Shown here: positions 49,866 to 62,133 of the stretch, one piece after another
Layout: every line of letters starts with the position of its first letter
Position numbering within the stretch: position 1 is the stretch's first letter
Assembly (NCBI RefSeq): GCF_963921235.1
Contig: NC_086118.1
Span: 17,176,001-17,240,000 of the forward strand
Reading direction: 5' to 3'
DNA: 64,000 nucleotides
Origin: Mobula hypostoma
Taxonomy: Eukaryota
Position numbers and translations under genes: made by a program
Notes under the pieces: model-generated
What the model was told of the DNA's origin: nothing
What the model saw: only the letters and a program-made list of their open reading frames with translations
Database searches by the model: none

Positions 49866-51905
49866 TCAGCAGCTAACCTCGATGAGTATACCTCAGCTGT
49901 CACGGACTTTATCTAGAAATGCACAGAGCACTGTGTGTCTCGCAAGACAATCCAGGTATGCCCTAACCAGAAACCTTGGATGAATTATGAGGTCCAGTCC
50001 CTTTTGAAGGCTAGAGCTGCGGCTTTTAGGTCCGGGGATACCAGTCACTACACGGAATCCAGGTGTGAACTCCGGAAAGCCATTAAGGGCGCCAAGAGGC
50101 AATATCGAGCCAAGTTGGAAGCCCAGGCTAACCAGAGGGATGCTGGCAGACCATGGCAGGGTCTGAATGCGATGACTGGGTGCAAAGAAAAGGCTGGGAA
50201 TATCAATAACTGTGGCGCTTCTCTTCCTGACGAACTTAACATATTCTACGCAAGATTCGAACAGAAGAGGAGCTTTCCACTCCCTCCGGATGAACCGGAC
50301 CTGGTGGCATCAAGATTCATTGTCACCAAAGAGGATGTTAGAAGGGCCTTCCTGAAGATAAATCCAAGGAAGGGGACGGGCCCAGATGGTGTCTCGGAAC
50401 AGGTTCTCCGGGCCTGTGCAAGCGAGCTAGCTGGAGTGTTTTCTGACATCTTCAACTGCTCCTTGCTTCAGTCTAAGATCCCCTCGTGTTTTAAGAAGGC
50501 AACGATAATCCCAGTGCCAAAGAAGAGCAAGGTGGCATGCCTGAATGACTATCAACCTGTGGCTCTGACATCAATTGCTATGAAGTGCTTCGAGCGATTG
50601 GTTATGGCACACATCAACCACAGCCTACCGTCATCCTCGACGCTTTGCAATTCGCCTACCGTAGCAACAGGTCAACGGCAGAAGCCATCTCCCTGGCCCT
50701 ACATTCCTCCTTAGAACATCTGGAAAATAAAGACACATATGTAAGGGTCTTTTTCATTGACTACAGCTCTGCCTTTAATACCATCATTCCAAGTAAACTG
50801 ATTCCTAAGCTCCGGAACCTGGGCCTTAGCACTCAGATCTGCAGCTGGATCTTCAACCTCCTCACAGACAGGACCCAGGCTGTAAAAATAGGGGACAGGT
50901 TCTACTCTACAATCACTCTGAGCACTGGTGCCCCACAAGGCTGTGTACTCAGCCCCCTGCTGTACTCACTGTACACCCATGATTGTGTAGCCAAGTTTCC
51001 ATCGAACTCAATATATAAGTTTGCTGATGACACCACAATTGTAGGCCATATCTTGGGTAATGATGAGTTTGAGCACAGAGAGGAAATTAAGAACCTGATG
51101 GCATGGTGCGAAGACAATAACCTATCCCTCAACGTCAGCAAGACGAAGGAATTGGTTGTTGACTTCAGAAGGAGTAGTGGACCGCACGACCCAATTTACA
51201 TCGGTAGTGCGCAAGTGGAACAGGTCAAAAGCTTTAAGTTCCTCAGGGTCAATATCACAAATGACCTGACTTGGTCCAACCAAGCAGAGTCCACTGCCAA
51301 GACGGCCCACCAGCGCCTTTACTTCCTGAGGAAGTTAAGGAAATTTGGCCTGTCCCCTAAAACCCTCACTAATTTTTATAGATGCACCGTAGAGAGCATT
51401 CTTCTGGAAGTTGTCCTGTCCAAGACCAGAAGAAGCTGCAGAAGATCGTGAACACAGCCCAGCACATCACACAAACCAATCTTTCGTTCTTGGACTCACT
51501 TTACACTGCACACTGTCGGAGCAGTGCTGCCAGGATAATGAAGGACATGACCCACCCAGCCAGCACACTTTTCATCCCTTTTCCCGCCGGGAGAAGGCTC
51601 AGGAGCTTGGAGACTCGTATGGCCAGATTTGTGAACAGCTTCTTTCCAACTGTAATAAGACTGCTGAACGGATCCTGAACCGGATCTGGGCCATACCCTC
51701 CAAATATCCAGACCTGCCTCTCGGCTTTTTTGCACTACCTTACTTTCCCTTTTTTATTTTCTACTTATGATTTATAATTTAATTTTTTAATATTTACTAT
51801 CGATTTGTACTCCAGGGATCACGAAGAGCAGAATCAAATATCGCTGTGATGATTGTACGCTCTAGTTTCAATTGTTTGTCGACAATAAAGTATAGAAGTA
51901 TAAAA
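49866..51905 (+). mobile_element. Rex1/Babar LINE, 5'-truncated
   Basis: ORFs 49935-50714 and 50585-51451 ([32 protein letters not shown]); AATAAAGTAT-type tail. Confidence 0.93.
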
Positions 51906-52295
51906 GTCGTGTATAAAGATCAGAACAATATTGCTGTGGAATACCACTGGTCACTAAACTCCAGGCAGAATACACTGGAATGGACAAGTGAAGTACTAAA
52001 ACTGCTCAGCCTTGTTGATCATTGTCAAGCATTTTCTGTTTTTTATTTCATAATTTCTCAATGCTTTGATTAATCAACGGTTTAAAATCTACACTCAGTG
52101 GGAACTTGAATTTTATTGCTTATTTATAATTATTATTATTTCTTTTTCTTTCTATATTTGCACAGTTTGCTTTCTTTTGCACATTAGTCGTTTGTCCTGT
52201 TGGGGGCTGTTTTTCATTGATTCTATTGTGTTTCTTGTATTTACTGTAAATGCCCACAAGAAAATGAATATCAGGTTAGTATATGGTGGCACTTA

Positions 52296-52738
52296 CGAGG
52301 GGTGATTGATAAGTTCATGGCCTAAGGTAGAAGGAGTCAATTTTAGAAAACCTAGCACATTTATTTTTCAACATAGTCTCCTCCTACATTAGTCCAGCGG
52401 TCGTGGAGCATACGGATCTTGGACCTCCAGAAAGTGTCCACAGCAGGGGTGATTGATAAGTTTGTGGCCTAAGGTAGAAGGAGATAAGTTATACAGCTCT
52501 CATTACATCATTACATGCACATGCAGGTCAACTCTTTGAGTGATTATGCAGAAAGTTTGAAGTTAATAACTCATCTCCTTCTACCTTAGGCCACAAACTT
52601 ATCAATCACCCCTGATGTGTTATTAACTTCAAACTTTCTGCATAATCACTCAAAGAGTTGACCTGCATGTGCATGTAATGAGAGCTGTATAACTCATCTC
52701 CTTCTACCTTAGGCCACGAACTTATAAATCACCCCTCA
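52296..52738. mobile_element. Mariner-type MITE with four TIR copies
   Basis: TA-flanked TIR CGAGGGGTGATTGATAAGTT...CCTAAGGTAGAAGGAG; internal copies at about 52445 and 52573-52613. Confidence 0.85.
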
Positions 52739-52759
52739 TATGTACTTTAGTAATGAATT

Positions 52760-53762
52760 TACTTTTATTAGGTACTGCTGTACACCTGCTCATTAATGCA
52801 AATATCTAATCAGCCAATCATCTGGCAGCAACTCAATGCATAAAAGCATGCTGACATGGTCAAGAGGTTCAGTTGTTGTACAGACCAAACATCAGAATGG
52901 GGAAGAAATGTGATCTACAGTACTGTGCAAAAGCCTTAGCTAGGGTGCCTAGGACCTCTGCACAGTATGTTTATCAACGTTGACCACAGGGGGAATTTGT
53001 AAAATGGTAGGAGCAAAAGATGTTGGATATGCTGAGGGTGGAGTGCCACAGGAGGGGTCTGGGATAGGTGGAAGAGAAGTGCCTGGGATGGGTCTCAAGA
53101 CAAGATCATTTGATTCCAAACAATTGGTTTATTAATCATTACAGAATGTCTCTGTTGTGCTCTCCACTCCCTGCCCTCTCTCTTCCCCTTTTCCCACTCT
53201 CTGTCCACAATAGAGTTCCATATCAGAATCAGGTTTATCATCACTCACATATGTCATGAAATTTGTTTTATAAGCACAGCAGCCATTCAGTGCAATACAT
53301 AAAATTATTAGAGAACTGTGCAAATATGTTAGGCACCCTAGCTATATTCATGTTCATAAGACTTTTGCAGAGGACCGTAAGTGACTTTCATTGTGTAATG
53401 ATTATTAGTGCCAGATGGGGTGGTTGGAGTATTTCAGAAGCTGCTAATCTCCTGGGATTTTTGTGCATAACAGTTTACAGAGAATGGCGCCAAAAAAAAC
53501 ATCCAGTGGGTGGCAGATCTATGGGTGAATATGCCTTGTTAATGAGAGAGGTCAGAGGAGAACGGCCAGACTGTTTCAAGCTGGCAGGGAGGCAGCTGTA
53601 ACTCAAATAACCACGTGTTACAGCAGTGAGCATCTTTGAATGCACATCATGTCAAACCTTGAAGTGGATAGGCTACAGCAGCAGAAGACTACAAACACTT
53701 AGAAATACACTCACTGGCTACTTTGTTAGGTACAGGATGAACCTAATAAACTGGACACAGTA
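52760..53762 (+). mobile_element. Non-autonomous Tc1-family element interrupted by a MITE
   Basis: Same family as 23510 and 29770; SISEAANLLGF, TLKWIGYSSRR. Confidence 0.8.
52918..53377. mobile_element. Tc1-type MITE
   Basis: CAGTACTGTGCAAAAG...CTTTTGCAGAGGACCG with TA duplicated; contains a Rex1 tail piece at about 53220-53310. Confidence 0.75.
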
Positions 53763-54007
53763 TATTTCTATAACTTGGGAATTGTCTCCTTCAGTTACCC
53801 TGCACCATCTTTAATATACAAGATATTACAAAAGTAACATTAATGAAGAACATGTGAGACTTTTAGTAATGGATAAATTTTACTTAGGGGCATTGTCGTG
53901 TCTCAAAATATTTGGCAGTGTGATTTTTTTTGTCAGGTTTATGGGTGTTAGCCATGTGATTGTGGTATAATTTCTTCATTGTTCATGCATCCCATTTATT
54001 ATAATAT

Positions 54008-54728
54008 TTTTGGTGTTCACCTGGTGGAGAATCTCACCTTATCCCTCAACACCAGCTCCATAGCAAAGAAAGCCCAGCAGCGTCTCTACTTTCTGCGAAG
54101 GCTGAGAAAAGTCCATCTCCCACCCCCCATCCTCACCACATTCTACAGAGTTTGTACTGAGAGCATCCTGAGCAGCTGCATCATTGCCTGGTTCGCAAAT
54201 TGCACCATCTTGGATCGCAAGACCCTGCAGCTGATAGTGAGGTCAGCCAAGAAGATCATCGAGGTCTCTCTTCCCACCATTACAGACATTTACACCACAC
54301 TGCATCCGCAAAGCAAACAGCATTATGAAGGACCCCACGCACCCCTCATACAAACTCTTCTCCCTCCTGCCATCTGGCAAAAGGCACCGAAGCATTCGGG
54401 CTTTCACAACCAGACTATGTAACAGTTTCTTCCCCCAAGCCATCAGATTCCTCAATACCCAGAGCCTGGACTGACACCAACCTACTGTCCTCTACTGTGC
54501 CTATTGTCTTGTTTATTATTTATTGTAATGCCTGAACTGTTTTGTCCACTTTGTGCAGTCTTGGGTAGGTCTGTAGCCTAGTGCCGTTTTTGTGTTGTTT
54601 TATGTAGTTCAGTGTAGTTTTTGTATTGTTTCATGTAGCACCATGGTCCTGAAAAATGTTGTCTCGTTTTTACTGTGTACTGCACTAGCAGTATGGTCAA
54701 AATGACAATAAAAAGTGACTTAACTTGA
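54008..54728 (+). mobile_element. Rex1/Babar LINE 3' fragment
   Basis: KKAQQRLYFLRRLRK, ESILSSCIIAWF; AATAAAAAGTGACTT tail. Confidence 0.88.
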
Positions 54729-55059
54729 GCTGTGCTTAATGAATGTGTGCTTCTGGCTCCCACTGGGAGCCCATATCTGTTTACAGACCTTTGCAGTCTT
54801 GCAGTGCTCAGAACACCTTTTCCTCAGATTATTCCACACTTAACAAAAAGAGAATTCAAAATTGATCAAAAACACCAAAGCAATGATACTTTAGCAAATT
54901 GAATTATCAGAATGGCGCAGTTTCTCTGTACATTACAGGAAGTCTTATATCTTTATGAGACTAAAGCTATATCAAAATACTTTCCACAACTTTTCAATTA
55001 TACACACCATGCTTACAGTAATGGAGGAGCTGGTTTCTGAAGGTTGTTTTTGCTGAGGT

Positions 55060-55620
55060 AGATACTGGGGATAAGGTCCCAGTATTTAATACATGCCCCC
55101 AAAGGGATGCATCTCAAATAGCCTCCAACAGCCAAGACCAGCTCCTGGCCTTTGCATGTGCCTTAGCTACCAGGCCTGGCAGAATGGTTTGTACTCACAG
55201 GAGAAAGGGCAAAGGTGGATTACTGATGCCTTAACACAAGTCACTTTGGGCAGATGGAGCTCATCAGCTCTGGTTGGCAGCTCACCTAGGAGAAGGAAAA
55301 CTCTGATCTCAAACCTCCACCACCTTACAGCTGTAACAACTCATTGGAGAAGTCTTTGGGAATAAACCCTGAGGAAAAATCTGGAGCTGGAGTCCCTAAG
55401 GCAGTCCTACATTGAGCTCAATGCTGACTGGCAACCCCGTGACTGCTTTGGTGTCAAACTGTATCGATCTCTGCCATTCCTTTGGATTCATCAGCCGCAT
55501 GGAGAAGGGAAGCCTGCTACAATGGCAACAGCTTGCTCTCCATATCGTACTGCCCTGGCTTCCTTGTCACATGGACAGCAGCTGGGATGCAAAATCTATG
55601 ATCGACCCTGATCAATGGAG
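55060..55620 (+). mobile_element. Possible RTE-related non-coding repeat
   Basis: CTAGGAGAAGGAAAACTCTGA motif resembles RTE 5' regions as I recall them; no ORF. Confidence 0.35.
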
Positions 55621-55989
55621 GACTTTATCAGTGGAGGAGGAATTAAAGACTTCATTGAAGAATGAATCCCAAATCTTACATGTTACAATTTGTGAAGATA
55701 CCTAATTCCGTTTCATGTAAAGTATATTGTTCAATATTGTTTTGCTAATTGCTCAAGCAAATTTTTGATTCTATGCTTTGTGTTTTGTTTTACCCCAAAA
55801 TGATTTAATTTTGCTATAACTTAAATATTTTAAGGAAGAAAATAAAAGAGAAAAATCTGTTGCCTGTACATAAAACCAAATTTTAAGAAGTTACAAGTAG
55901 CAAAGAAATTCAACAACTATGAAAAAACTGTAAAGTGTGAAAATTTTTTGTATGAAAGGATTGAATATCTGATTAAAGTGTTTCAGGTG

Positions 55990-57226
55990 AATTATTTCAT
56001 GTACTCTTTTATATGGGCAGCTGGGTTATGCCAAGTGGTAGACTATACTTCTTTTGCATGCATCTGGACAGATTTATAATGGAATATGCATCTTTCAAAC
56101 TACTAAGCCGAATTTATGCAGGCAAGATTGTAATCACAGCTTGATGAGGGATATTTATAATGTATTTTGCAGGACTATTTGAAATTTCAACTCCAATTAA
56201 ATATAACCTTGTTTTTCTCCTTGAAAAATATCTGTTGGACACTTTGATATAACATGATTGAATTCACAAAGTAGAAAACTATGTATTGTAGGAACCGTTT
56301 TATTATTTCCTTTGTATGCAGTGATACTGAAACAAGGACCACAGCAGTAGGTCCACACAGCATAGATAATCTGCCTCAGACTTCCACCGTCAAAGTCTGA
56401 GGTCATTAGAATGAAAGGAACATGAAGCTATGAAGGGTAAAAATACGATTTGTGGATTAAATTGTACTTCTTAATGATAGGTATGGGAATAGTTTCCAAA
56501 TATATTTTGAAAGTTTAATGAAACCGAAACCTCCCCAGAGAGCAGAAAAATGTATAAACTTTTAGCTTTTTCAGTTAATTTTATCATTTGGGTTCTTTTT
56601 TTTTTGCAAAGTTGTGCCTGGGCATTTTAATCCATCAAGGTAATTGCTCTCAATTCCTTTTCAGTGAAAAGTTATTCCAATTATTCATGAGTTGAGCAGT
56701 TCTGGGAATGAATTTTAAAAATGTGAATATTTTGTAACTGTTTTCCCTCAGGCAATCCTCCAACACCATCATGTTCCTCCGCTCCATCCCATCAACAAAC
56801 ATCATATTGCTACCTTCTTTCAAATAGTGCAATAGAATTATTTAAATTCCGGGGACAAATATAGCATTTGCTTTAAAGTGTCATTTAACAGAGCTTCTGA
56901 CATTGCTTCATCATTAAAAGGAGATAAAACCTAGTTATATATATTCAACTCCATGGGGCGTACTTGAACCAGTAGCTTTCTGGTGCTGAGGTAGTAATTA
57001 TTCCATCAGCCAAGGCTGACACCCAGTCTTCAGTTTTCCAGAAGCTTTTGTGACCTTTGCCCTCCACCAGCACTTCACCTCCTCTACCCGGTGCAATCTG
57101 AGATATATGCATTTTCTTTTCCATCTCATTAATCATCCATCAGGAAGATTTGTGATGCAAGTTCATTTTGAAGTTGGTGTGCCTTTAATTTCAGAAATTA
57201 TGGCAATGGTAAAGGATAACCAGATG
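55990..57226 (-). pseudogene. Copy A terminal block (second half of the glycosyltransferase-like domain + C-terminal domain)
   Basis: Acceptor tttgtctctaaag; FLKLKAHQLQNELASQIFLMDD (DD at 57137-57132), MLCGPT..IIKRFLQY, LYLIGVEISNSPAK..RLSSLKDAYSIINL. Internal introns cannot be excluded. Confidence 0.68.
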
Positions 57227-57486
57227 CTTTAGAGACAAATAACTGATCAAATTTAATTACAAACATATAATTTGTTTCAGCACATATAATACGAGACTGG
57301 TAAACATTTCACAAGGAATTAAGTGCCATCTTGGCAAAGTGAGTGGAAACCATCATCGACACATCTTCTCACAGCCTTTAAACAAAATCACAGCCTTAAC
57401 AGTGTACCACTTAACATAAAATTTATATGATATACAGTATGTAACAAGATTAGTATCATAAATACACAAAAATTCAGCTGATGACC

Positions 57487-58167
57487 TCAACGGCAATTTA
57501 TCTTTGCTGATTTTGAAAAAATGCTTTTGATGGTATTTTGAGTAACAACAAACAATGTGGTCCTGCTGCTCAGTTTATCTTGGACTGGAGGTAACTGGTC
57601 CTCTAAAATTACCAAGAATACGTGAGCCCACCCCTGCCGAAACGAATGACAAGAATATCCACTGACTGAACCTCTGTAAAGTGCATTCATTAAAGAATGA
57701 GAACTGCTCTTTTTTTCAAAATGCAGCTTTGGACATACAATTTCAAGAAATTTTCCACAGTTATGTGGTCATTTTGCAATGCAGCGATCATTGTTAGACA
57801 AGAGAAAGCATTCAAAAAATTTGCAAAATACAGATTCCAATAATGAGATGAGATTATTGTCTCTGAAAAGTTGAACATGGGTATTCATTCCTTTCATGGT
57901 ATCATTTAGCAAAAGATGTCAACTGCACTTTATTGTTTTTGCTCGTCCATGGAGAAATCATATTCAGGACCATCAGCAGTTTATTTACTTTGTAAGTGTT
58001 CAGGCAATGTCTGAGCAAGGGATTCTGTATTCTTAATGTGAAGATCTATATGCTTCGTGTATTGCAAGTGACAAACAAGAACCACCATCTACTTGATGCT
58101 GTTTATCCTCAGGACAGACTGTAAGTTGTTTGAGGAATGGACATAAGAAGATGTGAATATTTTCACC
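57487..58167 (-). pseudogene. Copy A exon remnant (first half of the glycosyltransferase-like domain)
   Basis: About 140-codon frame with one stop (includes ORF 57487-57690); IVCPKLHFEKKSSSHSLMN aligns without gaps to IKSPTFTPTTGRHEHGLFN. Confidence 0.7.
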
Positions 58168-58261
58168 CTAACATATTTCTGCTTTCTAGTTATTGACCAC
58201 ACTATTGTAATGTTATCAAAAATAAATGAAGGAATTTGAGAGGGCACTGCACATTATGTAC

Positions 58262-58361
58262 CTTTGTGAATAAGGTATGGTCAAAGAGAAGGGAATTGAC
58301 TTTTCAAAGCTGTATAAATAGTATTCTCTTTTGGTTATGTTTTTTAACATCTATAAAATGT
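58262..58361 (-). pseudogene. Copy A exon remnant, 3' side of the CR1 insertion
   Basis: SFEKSIPFSLTI~LFKKLPFDYII; donor AAG|GTACAT. Confidence 0.45.
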
Positions 58362-59505
58362 AAACATAGAAACATAGAAACATAGAAAATAGGTGCAGGA
58401 GTAGGCCATTCGGCCCTTTGAGCCTGCACCGCCATTTATTATGATCATGGCTGATCATCCAACTCAGAACCCCGCCCCAGCCTTCCCTCCATACCCCCTG
58501 ATCCCCGTAGCCACAAGGGCCATATCTAACTCCCTCTTAAATATAGCCAATGAACTGGCCTCAACTGTTTCCTGTGGCAGAGAATTCCACAGATTCACCA
58601 CTCTCTGTGTGAAGAAGTGTTTCCTAATCTCGGTCCTAAAAGGCTTCCCCTTTATCCTCAAACTGTGACCCCTTGTTCTGGACTTCCCCAACATCGGGAA
58701 CAATCTTCCTGCATCTAGCCTGTCCAATCCCTTTAGGATTTTATACGTTTCAATCAGATCCCCCCTCAATCTTCTAAATTCCAACGAGTACAAGCCCAGT
58801 TCATCCAGTCTTTCTTCATATGAAAGTCCTGCCATCCCAGGAATCAATCTGGTGAACCTTCTTTGTACTCCCTCTATGGCAAGGATGTCTTTCCTCAGAT
58901 TAGGGGACCAAAACTGCACACAATACTCCAGGTGTGGTCTCACCAAGGCCTTGTACAACTGCAGTAGTACTTCCCTGCTCCTGTACTCGAATCCTCTCGC
59001 TATAAATGCCAGCATACCATTCGCCTTTTTCACAGCCTGCTGTACCTGCATGCCCACTTTCAATGACTGGTGTATAATGACACCCAGGTCTCGTTACACC
59101 TCCCCTTTTCCTAATCGGCCACCATTCAGATAATAATCTGTTTTCCTATTTTTGCCACCAAAGTGGATAACTTCACATTTATCCACATTAAATTGCATCT
59201 GCCATGAATTTGCCCACTCACCCAACCTATCCAAGTCATTCTGCATCCTCTTAGCATCCTCCTCACAGCTAACACTGCCACCCAGCTTCGTGCCATCCGC
59301 AAACTTGGAGATACTGCATTTAATTCCCTCATCCAAGTCATTAATATATATTGTAAACAACTGGGGTCCCAGCACTGAGCCTTGCGGTACCCCACTCGTC
59401 ACCGCCTGCCATTCTGAAAAGGTCCCGTTTATTCCCACTCTTTGCTTCCTGTCTGCTAACCAATTCTCCATCCACATCAATACCTTACCCCCAATACCGT
59501 GTGCT

Positions 59506-61365
59506 TTAAGTTTGCACACTAATCTCCAAATATACCACATCCACTGGTTCTCCCCTATCCACTCTACTAGTTACATCCTCAAAAAATTCTATGAGATTCG
59601 TCAGACATGATTTTCCTTTCACAAATCCATGCTGACTTTGTCCAATCATTTCACCACTTTCCAAATGTGCTGTTATCACATCTTTGATAACTGACTCCAG
59701 CAGTTTCCCCACCACCGACGTTAGGCTAACCGGTCTATAATTCCCCGGTTTCTCTCTCCCTCCTCTTTTAAAAAGTGGGGTTACATTAGCCACCCTCCAA
59801 TCCTCAGGAACTAGTCCAGAATCTAACGAGTTTTGAAAAATTATCACTAATGCATCCACTATTTCTTGGGCTACTTCCTTAAGCACTCTAGGATGCAGAC
59901 CATCTGGCCCTGGGGATTTATCTGCCTTCAATCCCTTCAATTTACCTAACACCACTTCCCTACTAACATGTATTTCGCTCAGTTCCTCCATCTCACTGGA
60001 CCCTTTGTCCCCTACTATTTCTGGAAGATTATTTATGTCCTCCTTAGTGAAGACAGAACCAAAGTAATTATTCAATTGGTCTGCCATGTCCTTGCTCCCC
60101 ATAATCAATTCACCTGTTTCTGTCTGTAGGGGACCTACATTTGTCTTTACTAGTCTTTTCCTTTTTCCATATCTATAAAAGCTTTTACAGTCAGTTTTTA
60201 TGTTCCCTGCCAGTTTTCTCTCATAATCTTTTTTCCCCTTTCTAATTAAGCCCTTTGTCCTCCTCTGCTGAACTCTGAATTTCTCCCAGTCCTCAGGTGA
60301 GCCACTTTCTCTGGCTAATTTGTATGCTACTTCTTTGGAATTGATACTATCCCTAATTTCTCTTGTCAGCCACGGGTGCACTACCTTCCTTGATTTATTC
60401 TTTTGCCAAACGGGGATGAACAATTGTTGTAGTTCATCCATGCAACCTTTAAATGCTTGCCATTGCATATCCACCGTCAATCCTTTAAGTGTCATTTGCC
60501 AGTCTATCTTAGCTAATTCACGTCTCATACCTTCAAAGTTACCCCTCTTTAAGTTCAGAACCTTTGTTTCTGAATTAACTATGTCACTCTCCATCTTAAT
60601 CAGGAATTCCACCATATTATGGTCACTCTTACCCAAGGGGCCTCTCACGACAAGATTGCTAATTAACCCTTCCTCATTGATCAAAACCCAGTCCAGAATA
60701 GCCTGCTCTCTATTTGGTTCCTCGACATGTTGGTTCAAAAAACCATCCTGCATACATTCCAAGAAATCTTCTTCCTCAGCACCTTTACCAATTTGGTTCA
60801 CCCAATCTACATGTAGATTGAAGTCACCCATTATAACTGCTGTTCCTCTATTGCACACATTTCTAATTTTCTGTTTAATACCATCTCCGACCTCACTACT
60901 ACTGTTAGGCGGCCTGTTCACAACTCCCACCAGCGTCTTCTGCCCCTTAGTGTTACGCAGCTCTACCCATATCGATTCCACATCTTCCCGGCTTATGTCC
61001 TTCCTTTCTATTGCGTTAATCTCTTCTTTAACCAGCAACGCCACCCCACCTCCCCTTCCTTCATGTCTATCCCTCCTGAATATTGAATATCCCTGAACGT
61101 TGAGCTCCCATCCCTGGTCACCCTGGAGCCATGTCTCTGTGATCCCAGCTATATCATAATCATTAATAACAATCTGCACTTTCAATTCATCCACCTTATT
61201 ACGAATGCTCCTTGCATTGACACACAAAGCCTTCAGGCGCTCTTTTACAACTCTCTTAGCCCTTATACAATTATGTTGAAAAGTGGCCCTTTTTAATGCT
61301 TGCCCTGGATTTGTCGGCCTGCCACTTTTACTTTTCTCCTCAATACTTTTTGCTTCTACCCTCAC
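59506..61365 (-). CDS. CR1 ORF2 (APE endonuclease + N-terminal RT), broken by a deletion
   Basis: CVNARSIRNK, ITETWL, IMGDFN, SDH, GPDG, QHGF; frameshift after VVYL. Confidence 0.8.
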   Translation of the reverse strand: MRVEAKSIEEKSKSGRPTNPGQALKRATFQHNCIRAKRVVKERLKALCVNARSIRNKVDELKVQIVINDYDIAGITETWLQGDQGWELNVQGYSIFRRDRHEGRGGGVALLVKEEINAIERKDISREDVESIWVELRNTKGQKTLVGVVNRPPNSSSEVGDGIKQKIRNVCNRGTAVIMGDFNLHVDWVNQIGKGAEEEDFLECMQDGFLNQHVEEPNREQAILDWVLINEEGLISNLVVRGPLGKSDHNMVEFLIKMESDIVNSETKVLNLKRGNFEGMRRELAKIDWQMTLKGLTVDMQWQAFKGCMDELQQLFIPVWQKNKSRKVVHPWLTREIRDSINSKEVAYKLARESGSPEDWEKFRVQQRRTKGLIRKGKKDYERKLAGNIKTDCKSFYRYGKRKRLVKTNVGPLQTETGELIMGSKDMADQLNNYFGSVFTKEDINNLPEIVGDKGSSEMEELSEIHVSREVVLGKLKGLKADKSPGPDGLHPRVLKEVAQEIVDALVIIFQNSLDSGLVPEDWRVANVTPLFKRGGREKPGNYRPVSLTSVVGKLLESVIKDVITAHLESGEMIGQSQHGFVKGKSCLTNLIEFFEDVTSRVDRGEPVDVVYLEISVQT

Positions 61366-61608
61366 TTTACACCCCTCTGTCTCTCTGCACTGGTTCCCAT
61401 CCCCCTGTTGTGAACTAACCTCCTCATGCCTAGCCTCTTTAATTTGATTCCCACCCCCCCAACCATTCTAGTTTAAAGTCACCTCAGTAGCCCTCGCTAA
61501 TCTCCCTGCCAGGATATTGGTCCCCCTAGGATTCAAGTGTAACCCGTCCTTTTTGTACAGGTCACGCCTGCGCCAAAAGAGGTCCCAATGATCCAAAAAC
61601 TTGAATCC

Positions 61609-62115
61609 CTACCCCCTGCTCCAATCCCTCAGCCACGCATTTATCCTCCACCTCATCGCATTCCTGCTCTCACTGTCGCGTGGCACAGGCAGTAATCCCG
61701 AGATTACTACCTTTGCGGTCCTTTTTCTCAACTCCCTTCCTAGCTCCCTATATTCTCCTTTCAGGACCTCATCCCTTTTCCTACCTATGTCATTGGTACC
61801 TATATGTACCACGACCTCTGGCTCCTCACCCTCCCACTTCAGAATATCTTGGACACGATCAGAAATATCCCGGACCCTGGCACCAGGGAGGCAAACAACC
61901 ATCCGGGTCTCAGGACTGCGTCCACAGAATCGCCTATCTGACCCCCTTACTATCGAGTCCCCTATCACAACTGCCCTCCTCTTCCTTGCCCTACCCTTCT
62001 GAGCTACAGGTCCAGACTCTGTGCCGGAGGCACGGCCACTGTCGCTTCCCTCGGGTAAGCTGTCCCCCCCAACAGTACTCAAACAGGAGTACCTATTGTT
62101 AAGGGGCACAGCCAC
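61609..62115 (-). CDS. CR1 ORF1 SGNH-esterase-like domain (partial)
   Basis: VIGDSIVRG, CLPGA, HIGTND motifs. Confidence 0.75.
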   Translation of the reverse strand: MAVPLNNRYSCLSTVGGDSLPEGSDSGRASGTESGPVAQKGRARKRRAVVIGDSIVRGSDRRFCGRSPETRMVVCLPGARVRDISDRVQDILKWEGEEPEVVVHIGTNDIGRKRDEVLKGEYRELGRELRKRTAKVVISGLLPVPRDSESRNAMRWRINAWLRDWSRG

Positions 62116-62133
62116 CGGGGTACTCTCTATTAC

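Larger units (their letters stand above)
58362..62133 (-). mobile_element. Young 5'-truncated CR1 LINE
   Basis: ORF1 esterase 61609-62115; ORF2 61365-59506, 59540-59094, 59063-58464; (CTATGTTT)n tail. Confidence 0.96.

Noticed and set aside
52296..52738. Regularly recurring ~40-bp repeats as a CRISPR-like array
   Set aside because: The repeats are inverted TIR copies with TA TSDs in eukaryotic DNA; no unique spacers or cas genes.
60320..61096. 258-aa plus-strand ORF and similar ORFs at 9.4-13.5 kb
   Set aside because: Antisense shadows of LINE ORFs.
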